NCBI GenBank assembly: GCA_964360565.1
Contig: CAYHXI010000001.1
Coordinates: forward strand, 1-61,498
Direction: 5' to 3'
Source of the DNA: an uncultured Methanosarcinales archaeon
GTDB taxonomy: Archaea; Nanobdellota; Nanobdellia; Woesearchaeales; ARS49
DNA length: 61,498 nt
Below, one piece after another: positions 6,361 to 15,110 of the stretch (position 1 is its first letter; every line of letters begins with the position of its first letter). The notes beneath the pieces are model-generated. The model did not search any database and was not told the origin of the DNA. It saw only the letters and a program-made list of their open reading frames with translations. A program made the translations under genes and the position numbers.

Positions 6361-7146
6361 TCAATCGATTAATTTATTTAATTGTTCGAGTCTTTTGCCA
6401 GATATACTGCGAGAAATATTAATATTAGGCAATTCTGCGTCATTTTCTCCAAGATTATATCTGAACATTTTCCAAGGCATATTATCTCCTAAGTCAATAT
6501 CGTAATTTATTGAAAAAGAATCTCTCCATAATGTTACATTTGCAGTTATTTTAACTCCATCTGAGAAAAAGTATGTTTTTTCTTTAGTAGTACTCACAGT
6601 AAATTTGAACAGGTATCTCACTATTGGAACATCAAATAAAGGTTCATATGTTCTGCTAAGTTCTGTTCCATTCTCTGATACATCATTCATTATTCTTTTC
6701 TCTATATTTCTATAAAAGATATTCATTTTAGCTTGTTCTACTATTTCTTCAATGTCTTGTGAAAAAGGTAATTCTGTTGGTTTATCTTTATTATAAACCC
6801 TACATCCTATGATTTTATAATTGCCAAATCTTTCAGGAGTTAAGTCTTCAACATATGTGCCACAATCATTCTTACTAAAAAATTTATGATTTTTTCCGAC
6901 AGCATGATTTTCAGGTATTGTAAAAACTACAAACTTTCTTCCATTAGATAAAAAGTATACTTTTTTATAACTAGCATATTCTGGACCAATATTTTTGACA
7001 GAATATGATTCAAAAGTATCTTTAATAATTACATCTACCGACTCATTCATAAACTCATTTTGTTCTTCTTTTGATTTAATAAATAATGGAACTGATGCTA
7101 ATACAATTGATGCCAATCCAAGTCCGATTTTAGTTTTTAATTTCAT
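6361..7146 (-). CDS. membrane-anchored or secreted protein, unknown family (paralog B)
   Basis: N-terminal hydrophobic anchor MKLKTKIGLGLASIVLASVPLF. Alignable with 7155-7964 through shared blocks TIPEN, YVED, EQAK, IFYR, KFTV, TKEK and identical C-terminus KRLEQLNKLID. Confidence 0.7.
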   Translation of the reverse strand: MKLKTKIGLGLASIVLASVPLFIKSKEEQNEFMNESVDVIIKDTFESYSVKNIGPEYASYKKVYFLSNGRKFVVFTIPENHAVGKNHKFFSKNDCGTYVEDLTPERFGNYKIIGCRVYNKDKPTELPFSQDIEEIVEQAKMNIFYRNIEKRIMNDVSENGTELSRTYEPLFDVPIVRYLFKFTVSTTKEKTYFFSDGVKITANVTLWRDSFSINYDIDLGDNMPWKMFRYNLGENDAELPNINISRSISGKRLEQLNKLID

Positions 7147-7154
7147 TTTATTCT

Positions 7155-7964
7155 TTAATCGATTAACTTATTTAATTGTTCTAGTCTTTTGGGAGAGATT
7201 ACACTTTCTCCACCCACAAAAGCTTTTTCTTCCGGTTGGGGTTTCATCGCACCATATCTGAATAATACTAATTCAGTATTATTTCCTTTATCTATGAAGT
7301 AGCCAATATTTTTGCAATGTCTTGAAGTATTTCCATAGCATTTTGATGCTTTAGCTTTAATTTTGGTTCCATCATCAAGAATGTATGCCTTTTCTTTAGT
7401 AATTGCCACAGTAAATTTTAATAAATCCTTTAATATAATAACATCCCATATTGGTTCAGAAATCGATGAGACTTCAGTTCCTGTGCTGAAAACATCATCA
7501 ATTATTTTATTTTCTATTTTTCTATAAAATATATCTATTTTAGCTTGTTCTGCAATAGCTTCAATATCTTTTGATGATGCCAATTTATTTTCGCTATCTG
7601 GCTGATAAATTCTTAATCCTGCGATGGTATAATCTTCAAGAATTTGTGGTGTTTCATCTTCCACATATCTTCCGCAATTAATCCACTCAGAAGAATTTTG
7701 TGTTTTTTTTAAATTTTCAGGTATTGTATAGACTCCAAAATCTCTTCCATTTGGCAAAAAATATATTTTTAATAATTCTTTTTTATTATTTAGAAAAGGT
7801 TTTGTTGGAAGTAAACCCTTTCCAGTCGCATCAAAATTATACTCATACACATCTCTTCCAATAATATCTATTGGCTCGTTTTGTTCTTTTTCTTTAGCAA
7901 AGAAAGGAAGCGAAGCAACTACAACAGAAGCTAGTCCGAGTCCGATTTTTGTTCTTAGTTTCAT
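7155..7964 (-). CDS. membrane-anchored or secreted protein, unknown family (paralog A)
   Basis: N-terminal anchor MKLRTKIGLGLASVVVASLPFF. Paralog of 6361-7146. Start overlaps the protease stop by 4 nt. Confidence 0.7.
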   Translation of the reverse strand: MKLRTKIGLGLASVVVASLPFFAKEKEQNEPIDIIGRDVYEYNFDATGKGLLPTKPFLNNKKELLKIYFLPNGRDFGVYTIPENLKKTQNSSEWINCGRYVEDETPQILEDYTIAGLRIYQPDSENKLASSKDIEAIAEQAKIDIFYRKIENKIIDDVFSTGTEVSSISEPIWDVIILKDLLKFTVAITKEKAYILDDGTKIKAKASKCYGNTSRHCKNIGYFIDKGNNTELVLFRYGAMKPQPEEKAFVGGESVISPKRLEQLNKLID

Positions 7965-8911
7965 CCCACAAATCCCTTAACTACATCTGATGCTATAGAA
8001 AATCCAACTCCTTCAAAGCCAGAAACTTTCATCGTATTAATTCCAATTATTTTTCCAGCTTTATTTATGAGTGGTCCGCCGCTGTTTCCTGGATTAATTG
8101 GAACGTCAACCTGCAAATAATTTATTCCATTAATGTTTCTTAGCGCGCTTACTATTCCTTCAGTAACTGTAAAATCAAGCCCTCCAGGACTGCCTAGCGC
8201 AACTGCTTTTTCTCCAACTCTAATATTAGAAACATCTTCAAAAGAGAATTCATTAAAAGTTCCGCTGATTTTTATTAGCGCTAAATCTTTTGTAGAATCT
8301 GTTTTAACAACTTGAGCAGAAAAAGTTTTGCCGTCAAAAGTTTTTACTATTATACTTCCTGCTCCATCAACGACATGATTATTTGTTACTATAACTCCAT
8401 CTGATTTAACAATCGCTCCGCTGCCGATTTTTCCACCTGCATTTATGCTAACAACAGAATTAATTACGTTGCTTATTGTATTGCTGAAGTCCGCTCCAAT
8501 ATCCAGATTTGCAAGGTCTTTTTTAAGATTAGCGCTGGTTACCTGAACTTGATTAAGTTGAGTGGTTAATTGAGATAATTGCTGTTTATTATCCTGCTTT
8601 ACAGATTCAATATTACTCTGAATATTTTGAACATTTCTGTTAATCTCTGTTTTAAGTTCAGTACTTGTGCTTTTAAGTTCTTGGTCAACTTGTTTAAGAC
8701 TTTCCTGAGCGGCAGAAAGTTTTTTATCTTGCTCTCCTAACTTATTTATTTGCTCAGATTTAAAATTCTCTAATTCAGAATTAAGCTGGCTGATTCTACC
8801 AGTATAATCGTTAACAAGCTGTCCTGTAACGCTTTGCTGATATTCATATCCTGTAATTGACATTCCTATAACTAATACTAATGTCAGTGAAAATAAGATT
8901 ACGTCTCGCAT
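7961..8911 (-). CDS. membrane-anchored trypsin-like serine protease (HtrA/DegP S1C-like, no PDZ seen) with coiled-coil linker
   Basis: N-terminal TM segment and a Q/E/K/L-rich coiled-coil region. Catalytic triad contexts TNNHVV (His), DLALIKI (Asp), GNSGGPLIN (Ser). TATA-like box 8934-8941. Confidence 0.8.
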   Translation of the reverse strand: MRDVILFSLTLVLVIGMSITGYEYQQSVTGQLVNDYTGRISQLNSELENFKSEQINKLGEQDKKLSAAQESLKQVDQELKSTSTELKTEINRNVQNIQSNIESVKQDNKQQLSQLTTQLNQVQVTSANLKKDLANLDIGADFSNTISNVINSVVSINAGGKIGSGAIVKSDGVIVTNNHVVDGAGSIIVKTFDGKTFSAQVVKTDSTKDLALIKISGTFNEFSFEDVSNIRVGEKAVALGSPGGLDFTVTEGIVSALRNINGINYLQVDVPINPGNSGGPLINKAGKIIGINTMKVSGFEGVGFSIASDVVKGFVG

Positions 8912-9095
8912 AGGATGGTTTATCTTCTGGAGGTTTTTAAATGTTTTTCCGGTTTAGCCGAAAATTTTCTTGAAAAACGCCATTTATTCAACTGATTTTT
9001 CGGTCAGAACCGAAAGGTTTCCGGTTTTTTCGCAAATCTTTCGGAATTTTTACCATAACACATTTTAATGGTAAATTCGAAAAATTTATTTTGTA

Positions 9096-9305
9096 ATGCG
9101 CATAATCTACACATACCATGCTAAGAAAAGAATGAAACAAAGGGGATTGAATTCGTTACATGTTGAATATATATTAAATCATCCAGATTATGTTAAAAAC
9201 TCTATTGACAACACAAAGGAGGCAACAGGTTCGATTGAAAACAGATCGATTAAAGTTGTATTTGTTGTGATAGAAAATTATATAAACATCATTACAGTAA
9301 TATAA
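9096..9305 (+). CDS. DUF4258-like small protein (toxin-like)
   Basis: 69 aa; opening YTYHAKKRMKQRGL matches my recollection of the DUF4258 family. Paired with the downstream ORF, 4 nt apart. Confidence 0.55.
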   Translation: MRIIYTYHAKKRMKQRGLNSLHVEYILNHPDYVKNSIDNTKEATGSIENRSIKVVFVVIENYINIITVI

Positions 9306-9309
9306 GACC

Positions 9310-9513
9310 ATGAAGCTAGAATACGATAAATCGGCAGATGCAGCATATATCTATTTGCAATTCCCAATAAAAGAAGGAGAAGTAAAGAAAACAGTTGAAT
9401 TTAAGCATAACATAATTCTTGATTTTAATGCTAAAAACAAACTTTTAGGGGTTGAGATTCTTAATGCAAGTAAAATGTTAACCAAAGAAAGTCTTTTGAA
9501 AAATGTTGGTTAG
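9310..9513 (+). CDS. DUF2283-like small protein (antitoxin-like)
   Basis: 67 aa; YDKSADAAYIYL ... LLGVEILNAS pattern as I recall for DUF2283. Confidence 0.55.
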   Translation: MKLEYDKSADAAYIYLQFPIKEGEVKKTVEFKHNIILDFNAKNKLLGVEILNASKMLTKESLLKNVG

Positions 9514-9519
9514 ATGAAT

Positions 9520-10530
9520 TTATATCAAAAATTGATTAAAGTAATAATATACTGTAGCAATCGCTAGCAGAACTTCGCAGAAATGAATTAAGTAAACAAC
9601 TTTTCTTTCACCTGCTCTGCCTGTGGTTTTTCTCCAGAAGGAAACAGCAACATGAGTTAAACTATACCAATGCTTGTATCGGTTGACCAAACCTTTGCCA
9701 GGGATGTTGTTTGCAAAGCTTTCTTTTTGGAACAATCCTCTTAATTTTAAAAAGAACTCGACATAATAAGGAATAAACAATATCAATGCAAATTTTTCTA
9801 CGTTTCCGTAAATCGCAATTATTGCAATTGCCGCTCCAATAGGATAAGTTAAAGTGTCTCCTGGAAATACTCTTGCGGGATATTTGTTGAACAAATAAAA
9901 CGCGATGAGTGATGCAAGAAATACAGCTGCTATAAGAGCGGCCATAGCAGAGCCACTCAAATAAGAAATCAATCCAAGAGTTCCAATTATTATTATTCCC
10001 ATTCCTGCCTCTAAGCCGTTGAAACCAGCAATCATATTAAACGCGTTGGATGCTCCAACCATTCCTCCAGGAATAACTATCAGAGGATATAGTATTCCTA
10101 AATCAACCGCTCCAAAAAAAGGAAATGACATTATTTTTTGTCCTGCATTTACGGCCATTATTGGAAGGGCAATAAGTAGAGAGCCTATCGTCTTTTGATA
10201 CTGCCTCAAACCGATCTTCCATCCTAAAATGTCGTCGACTAATCCGATTACTAAAGCAACAAGTAGGCTAGATGATGCCGCCATGACTAAAAAGATATCT
10301 TTAACATTCTTGTAAACAAAAACATGAATTGCAATATAAATTAATATTCCTATAACTGAAGAAAAAATAACAACTAATCCTCCAAGTTCTGCAACAGGCC
10401 TTTCATCGAGTTTATGAACATCTTTTCCTACAAGATTGTGCTGTCGTGCACGCTTAATCCAGTAAGGAAGTATAAGCAGTGTTAAAAAGAAAGACAATAA
10501 AACAACAGATAAAACGTATGCTGATGGCAT
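9520..10530 (-). CDS. MraY/WecA/AglH-family polyprenyl-phosphate GlcNAc-1-phosphate transferase
   Basis: Polytopic membrane protein with VDDILG and NAFNMIAGFNGLEAG motifs. Confidence 0.8.
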   Translation of the reverse strand: MPSAYVLSVVLLSFFLTLLILPYWIKRARQHNLVGKDVHKLDERPVAELGGLVVIFSSVIGILIYIAIHVFVYKNVKDIFLVMAASSSLLVALVIGLVDDILGWKIGLRQYQKTIGSLLIALPIMAVNAGQKIMSFPFFGAVDLGILYPLIVIPGGMVGASNAFNMIAGFNGLEAGMGIIIIGTLGLISYLSGSAMAALIAAVFLASLIAFYLFNKYPARVFPGDTLTYPIGAAIAIIAIYGNVEKFALILFIPYYVEFFLKLRGLFQKESFANNIPGKGLVNRYKHWYSLTHVAVSFWRKTTGRAGERKVVYLIHFCEVLLAIATVYYYFNQFLI

Positions 10531-10538
10531 TTAATTCT

Positions 10539-12272
10539 TTAGTCTCCCGCGTTTACTTCACTATCCCACTTATCTCTAGGATTGTCTTCTCGAGCAATTA
10601 AAAACTTATCCATAACTAAATAATCTATTCCAGTACCCATCATGCATTTGTAAGCATTTTGAGGAGTACAAACAATAGGTTCTCCTCGAATGTTGAACGA
10701 AGTATTTATCAAAATAGGAACTCCGCTTAATTTTTCAAAAGCTTTTATCACTCCATAATATCTTGAATTTTGTTCTTTTGTTATCGTCTGTAGTCTTCCT
10801 GAGCCGTCGACATGAGTTACTGAAGGAATAATCTTTCTTTTATTTTCTTTAATCGGATAAACAAAAAGCATAAATTCTTCTTCATCTTTATCAATGTCAA
10901 ACCATTCGTGAACATCTTCTGCAGTTATAACTGGAGCAAATGGCCTGAAGTGTTCTCGATGTTTGACTTTCAAATTTAGTATTTCTTTCATGTTAGGATT
11001 GCTTGCATTCGATAGGATGCTTCTAGAACCAAGCGCTCTAGGACCCCATTCCATTCTTCCTTGAAACCATCCAATAACTTTGTCTTCATAAATTAATTTT
11101 GCAGTTGTGCCAACCAGTTCTTCATCGTTTTTGAATTCTGAATAAACAATTTTGTTGTCATCAAGAAATTTCTTTATTTCTTCAGTTTTGTAACCTGGCC
11201 CTAAGTAAGCATTCTTCATAACGTAATGTCTCTTAAAATCAAATATAGAATGATAAACATAAGATGCACATCCTATGCTTGTTCCAGAATCGCTTGCCGC
11301 AGGTTGAATAAAAATATTTTTGAAAGGAGTGTTTTTTGTTATTTTTCCATTAGCCACACTATTTAATGCAACTCCTCCAGCCATGCAAAGATTATCTGAG
11401 CCAGTTAACTTGTGCAGATAGTTCAGCATGGCAAATACTGCTTCTTCTGTTACTTTCTGAAGCGAAGCAGCCATATCTTTATGCTTCTGCTCAACAGTGT
11501 CGTTTTTTCCACGAGAAGGTCCGAATTCTGAAATAAATTTTTTGCTAGGCATAGTAAGTTTATAATGATACTCAAAATAACTCATATCCAAAGCATAGCT
11601 TCCATCAGGTTTTATATCAATTACTTTTCGCAATTTTTCATAATAAATTGGTTTTCCATACGGAGCTAAACCCATAACTTTGTACTCTGAATTATTCACG
11701 CTAAATCCTAAATAAGCAGTAACTGTACTGTACAAAAGTCCTATTGAGTGAGGAAAATGAATTTCTTTCAAAATTTTGACTTCGTTGCCTTTTCCAATTC
11801 CTAAAGTTGTTGACGCCCATTCTCCAACTCCATCAATAGTACAAATTGCAGATTCTTTAAATGGAGAGACTAAAAAAGAGCTCGCCGCATGAGCTAAATG
11901 ATGCTCTATAAAAAATATTTTCTTTTTGAAACCTAATTTCTTTTTGATGATTTGAGGAATTCTTAATTTTTCAGTCAACCAGGAAGGCATGGCTTTAATG
12001 AATTGAGCATATGAAAAAGGAAATTTTTCTAAATGCTGAGACATCAAGCGGTCGAATTTAAGAATAGGCTTTTCATAAAAACCAATCTGGTCAATATTTT
12101 CTATTGTGATTTTCTCATGCTGTAAACAAAAATTTATTGAGTTAATTGGAAAACTAATATCGTGTTTTTTTCTAGTAAATCTTTCTTCTTCTGCAGCTGC
12201 AACAACAACTCCGTCTTTAATCAGAGCTGCCGCAGAGTCGTGGTAAAAACATGAAATTCCTAGTACGTACAT
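10539..12272 (-). CDS. carbamoyltransferase, NodU/CmcH family
   Basis: N-terminus YVLGISCFYHDSAAALIKDG...EERFTRKKHD and C-terminal HVDGSGRLQT...NTSFNIRGEPIV. GGAGG 13 nt upstream. Confidence 0.9.
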   Translation of the reverse strand: MYVLGISCFYHDSAAALIKDGVVVAAAEEERFTRKKHDISFPINSINFCLQHEKITIENIDQIGFYEKPILKFDRLMSQHLEKFPFSYAQFIKAMPSWLTEKLRIPQIIKKKLGFKKKIFFIEHHLAHAASSFLVSPFKESAICTIDGVGEWASTTLGIGKGNEVKILKEIHFPHSIGLLYSTVTAYLGFSVNNSEYKVMGLAPYGKPIYYEKLRKVIDIKPDGSYALDMSYFEYHYKLTMPSKKFISEFGPSRGKNDTVEQKHKDMAASLQKVTEEAVFAMLNYLHKLTGSDNLCMAGGVALNSVANGKITKNTPFKNIFIQPAASDSGTSIGCASYVYHSIFDFKRHYVMKNAYLGPGYKTEEIKKFLDDNKIVYSEFKNDEELVGTTAKLIYEDKVIGWFQGRMEWGPRALGSRSILSNASNPNMKEILNLKVKHREHFRPFAPVITAEDVHEWFDIDKDEEEFMLFVYPIKENKRKIIPSVTHVDGSGRLQTITKEQNSRYYGVIKAFEKLSGVPILINTSFNIRGEPIVCTPQNAYKCMMGTGIDYLVMDKFLIAREDNPRDKWDSEVNAGD

Positions 12273-12296
12273 TTTGAATTAATCCCTCCTGTTATT

Positions 12297-12551
12297 TTAA
12301 AATTGTCTGAAATAACTTTCTTTTGAATTGTTTTGTGTTTTGTCTATCCAGTATGAATTCACGTTCTCCTTTTCCAGCTTTAAAAACTTTTTTCCCACTA
12401 ATTTTGCTGAAACTGATGTAAACCCAACTCCAATAAAATAAACAATTGAGAGAAGGACAGTATTAACTACTAAATTAACTTTGTCAGTAAAAGGTTTAAT
12501 GAATTCTGAAAATCGTTCAAAACCTCCCTTAATACTCCTCCAAATACTCAT
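12297..12551 (-). CDS. small membrane protein commonly seen beside carbamoyltransferases (SxtJ-like, tentative)
   Basis: 84 aa with one central hydrophobic segment (VLLSIVYFIGVGF). TATA-like box 12574-12581 lies 22 nt from the start. The family name is from memory only. Confidence 0.4.
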   Translation of the reverse strand: MSIWRSIKGGFERFSEFIKPFTDKVNLVVNTVLLSIVYFIGVGFTSVSAKLVGKKFLKLEKENVNSYWIDKTQNNSKESYFRQF

Positions 12552-12583
12552 AAGAATTGTTTTGATGATGTGGTTTTTAAAGA

Positions 12584-13708
12584 TTATGCTTCATACATTG
12601 ATTGGTATGCTCTGAGAGTCTTTTCTGCAGTTGCAAGAGTTGTAAATTCTTTCGCTCTCAATCTTCCTTTTTTAATTAAATTTTGTCTCATTTTATCATT
12701 TGCCAATAAATTTTTTATTGCTTGAATTAATTCTTCTTGGTCATTTGGATCTATTAACATTGCTGATTCTCCTGCTATTTCTTTAGTACTTGATAAATTT
12801 GAAGTAATTACAGGACAGCCTGATGCCATTGCTTCAATAACAGGTAAGCCAAAGCCTTCATAAAAGCTAGGATAAACAAATACTTCTGAGTTAGCATATA
12901 AACTTGGAAGGTCTTCATCTGGAACAAATCCTAATAGTTTTACTTGCTCTGAAATTCCTTCTTTTTTTATTAATGAAAATATTTCATCGTACATCCAACC
13001 TAATTTTCCACAGATGACTAAATCTAAATCTTCTCTTGGTAGTTTTGCAAATGCACTGATGAGAGTTGCAATGTTTTTTCTCGGTTCGATTGTTCCGACA
13101 AATAGAAGATATTTTTTGTTAATGTTATATTTGCTTAGAATTCTTTTAGTTTCTTTTTCATTTCTTTTCTCAAAAAAAATATCTTCAACTCCCAAATGAA
13201 CTGTTTGAATTTCGTCTGGCTTTACTTTTAATATTTTGATAATATCCTGCTTCGTGTTTTCAGAATCTGCAAATATTAAATCTGCTCTTTTTGCAGCATG
13301 TTTTATCATCATTGGAAAATAAATTCTTTTTAAGAAAGTGTGATGCTCAGGATAGTTAAAGAATGTCATATCATGGATGGTTACTGCTTGTTTGCAGGTT
13401 TTGATAAATGGCAGGGTAAATCCTGGCGAATGCAGTAAATCTATTTTTTTTGTGACACAATACAGAGGTAGGATGAATTGTTCCCAAAGAACTCTCATAA
13501 ACTTAATTTTAGAATAATTACTCAGCTTTATTATTTTAAAATTAGAATTAGTTATGTTAGCAAACCATTCAAAATTGTCTTCGTTTACGAATATAAAATA
13601 TTTATTTTTATCATCAATTTTAGCCAAGTCATTGACTAAATTAGAAACATATCTTCCAATTCCTGCTTTTAGTTTACTTGGACCTAGAGTGTTTATGGCG
13701 ATCTGCAT
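12584..13708 (-). CDS. GT4-family (GT-B fold) glycosyltransferase
   Basis: C-terminal signature EGFGLPVIEAMASGCPVITS. Confidence 0.85.
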   Translation of the reverse strand: MQIAINTLGPSKLKAGIGRYVSNLVNDLAKIDDKNKYFIFVNEDNFEWFANITNSNFKIIKLSNYSKIKFMRVLWEQFILPLYCVTKKIDLLHSPGFTLPFIKTCKQAVTIHDMTFFNYPEHHTFLKRIYFPMMIKHAAKRADLIFADSENTKQDIIKILKVKPDEIQTVHLGVEDIFFEKRNEKETKRILSKYNINKKYLLFVGTIEPRKNIATLISAFAKLPREDLDLVICGKLGWMYDEIFSLIKKEGISEQVKLLGFVPDEDLPSLYANSEVFVYPSFYEGFGLPVIEAMASGCPVITSNLSSTKEIAGESAMLIDPNDQEELIQAIKNLLANDKMRQNLIKKGRLRAKEFTTLATAEKTLRAYQSMYEA

Positions 13709-13714
13709 TTAATA

Positions 13715-14080
13715 TTATTTTTGTGCAATGGTACTTAAATCTAACGGAGAATCCTGTACATATTTAAGATTTAGTTTAAGTGCTATTTCTGCTTTCTGAA
13801 GCTCTAAACCAAGATAAGCTGCATGTTGAAGAGAGGAAACTAGTTCTTCGCGAAGGATAGTATTGTACAGTTCTTCTGCATTTTTACCAACAATTTCCAC
13901 TCTCAGAACATTATCATTTGTGCAAAAACCTGCGCTTATTTCTTGAGTTTCTCTGTTGATTTTTATCAAAAAGTAGCCAGAAGGGTCTTGCTTCCATTCT
14001 TTATAGGTGTTGTAGCTGGCTTGAATTTTTTGGACTTTGGCTACTTTGATGTTATTCCAGCGGCCTTTTATATAACTCAT
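13715..14080 (-). CDS. DUF4346-like protein
   Basis: PSGYFLIKI ... HAAYLGLELQKAEIAL ... YVQDSPL pattern. Start moved to ATG 14080, 23 nt from TATA-like box 14104-14112; the track ORF extends to 14146. Confidence 0.5.
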   Translation of the reverse strand: MSYIKGRWNNIKVAKVQKIQASYNTYKEWKQDPSGYFLIKINRETQEISAGFCTNDNVLRVEIVGKNAEELYNTILREELVSSLQHAAYLGLELQKAEIALKLNLKYVQDSPLDLSTIAQK

Positions 14081-14171
14081 AAAATAATAATTAAAGAATA
14101 AAGTATTTAAAATGTATGCTATATTAGAAAAGGACAAAAGTAACACATAAAATAGTTTGTCCTTTTCAATT

Positions 14172-14214
14172 TAGTTGAGGCCGAATAATGATGCGTTATT
14201 TATGTCCTCAACTA
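14172..14214. repeat. 9-bp hairpin with 25-nt loop in the AT-rich gap
   Basis: TAGTTGAGG (14172-14180) pairs with CCTCAACTA (14206-14214). Confidence 0.55.
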
Positions 14215-14467
14215 TATGTACAAAACTTATTTTGTTTTATTTGATATTAAAATTTTTGAGTTTGAGAAAATATTTTTTTTTTTAATTTCTTTACAATATA
14301 TCCAATTGTAAAAATGTGAATTCATGTGCCTCGTTTTTAAAAATAAAGAAAATTTATTTAATTTATTTTTTCTTAAAATTAAATTTATGCTGCTGCTAAT
14401 TCTTGAGATTAAATTATTAATGTGGCTGGATTCAAACCATGAGAGAATTTTTTTATTTATTTCCATA

Positions 14468-14923
14468 TTATTCTATGTTGTTTACGTTACCATTTATTGT
14501 TATCTTTTCAGTATTTATAGATAATAAAAAATTGATTTTAACAAATTCATTATTAAGATATAAATTTTCATTTATTTTTTTCATATTTGCAGATATTTTT
14601 AAAAATGTTATATTAGTATATTCAGTAATTTCACGTGATTTATTTGTTATTATCAGCGAAGTATTATCTGAAAAAGTGTAGTTAAATCCTGTTTTTAAAA
14701 TATTTTCTAATATTTCGTTTGTTTCTGATAATTGCAAAGTTATGATTCTATTTATAAAACTGAAATCATTCTTTGGATGTTCTGGTTCTGGAATATTTGG
14801 CCACTGTTTTTGTATTATGTATCTATAGCTGGTGAATGCTAGAAGAACTAATAAAATTAAAACAAATAAATCAAATAAATTAATTAATCCTAAAATCTTT
14901 CCATTTTCATTGATAATTTCCAT
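14468..14923 (-). CDS. DUF4330-like single-pass membrane protein
   Basis: N-terminus ENGKILGLINLFDLFVLILLVLL, as I recall for DUF4330. Confidence 0.5.
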   Translation of the reverse strand: MEIINENGKILGLINLFDLFVLILLVLLAFTSYRYIIQKQWPNIPEPEHPKNDFSFINRIITLQLSETNEILENILKTGFNYTFSDNTSLIITNKSREITEYTNITFLKISANMKKINENLYLNNEFVKINFLLSINTEKITINGNVNNIE

Positions 14924-14924
14924 T

Positions 14925-15056
14925 TTATTTAACCATATCGTTGTATGCTTTTAAAGTTTTTCTTGCTATGCTCTAACAATTAAAATCTTTCGCTTTTTTA
15001 AATCCTTTTTCAATCAGTCACTTTTTTAATGTTTTATTCTTATTTATTAATTTATG
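14925..15056 (-). pseudogene. relic 3-prime end of a GT4-type glycosyltransferase gene with two in-frame stops
   Basis: Minus-strand translation reads HKLINKNKTLKK*LIEKGFKKAKDFNC*SIARKTLKAYNDMVK*. This resembles the C-termini of the intact GT4 genes here (compare NLIKKGRLRAKEF...AEKTLRAYQSMYEA at 12584-13708). Internal stops at 15018-15020 and 14973-14975. Confidence 0.45.
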
Positions 15057-15110
15057 TGTGATGATATATTTATTAAATAGTATATTTTAAAGCTTCAAAA
15101 GATTGAAGTT

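Noticed and set aside
6361-7964. Diversity-generating retroelement acting on the variable block of the paralogs
   Set aside because: There is no reverse transcriptase gene or template-repeat copy of the variable block anywhere in the window.
14227-14681. Track ORFs 14227-14466, 14324-14524 and 14439-14681
   Set aside because: They are low-complexity K/N/I/F-rich translations in an AT-rich gap or antisense to the DUF4330-like gene. Only 14227-14466 has a suggestive tight junction, and it is left as unsupported.
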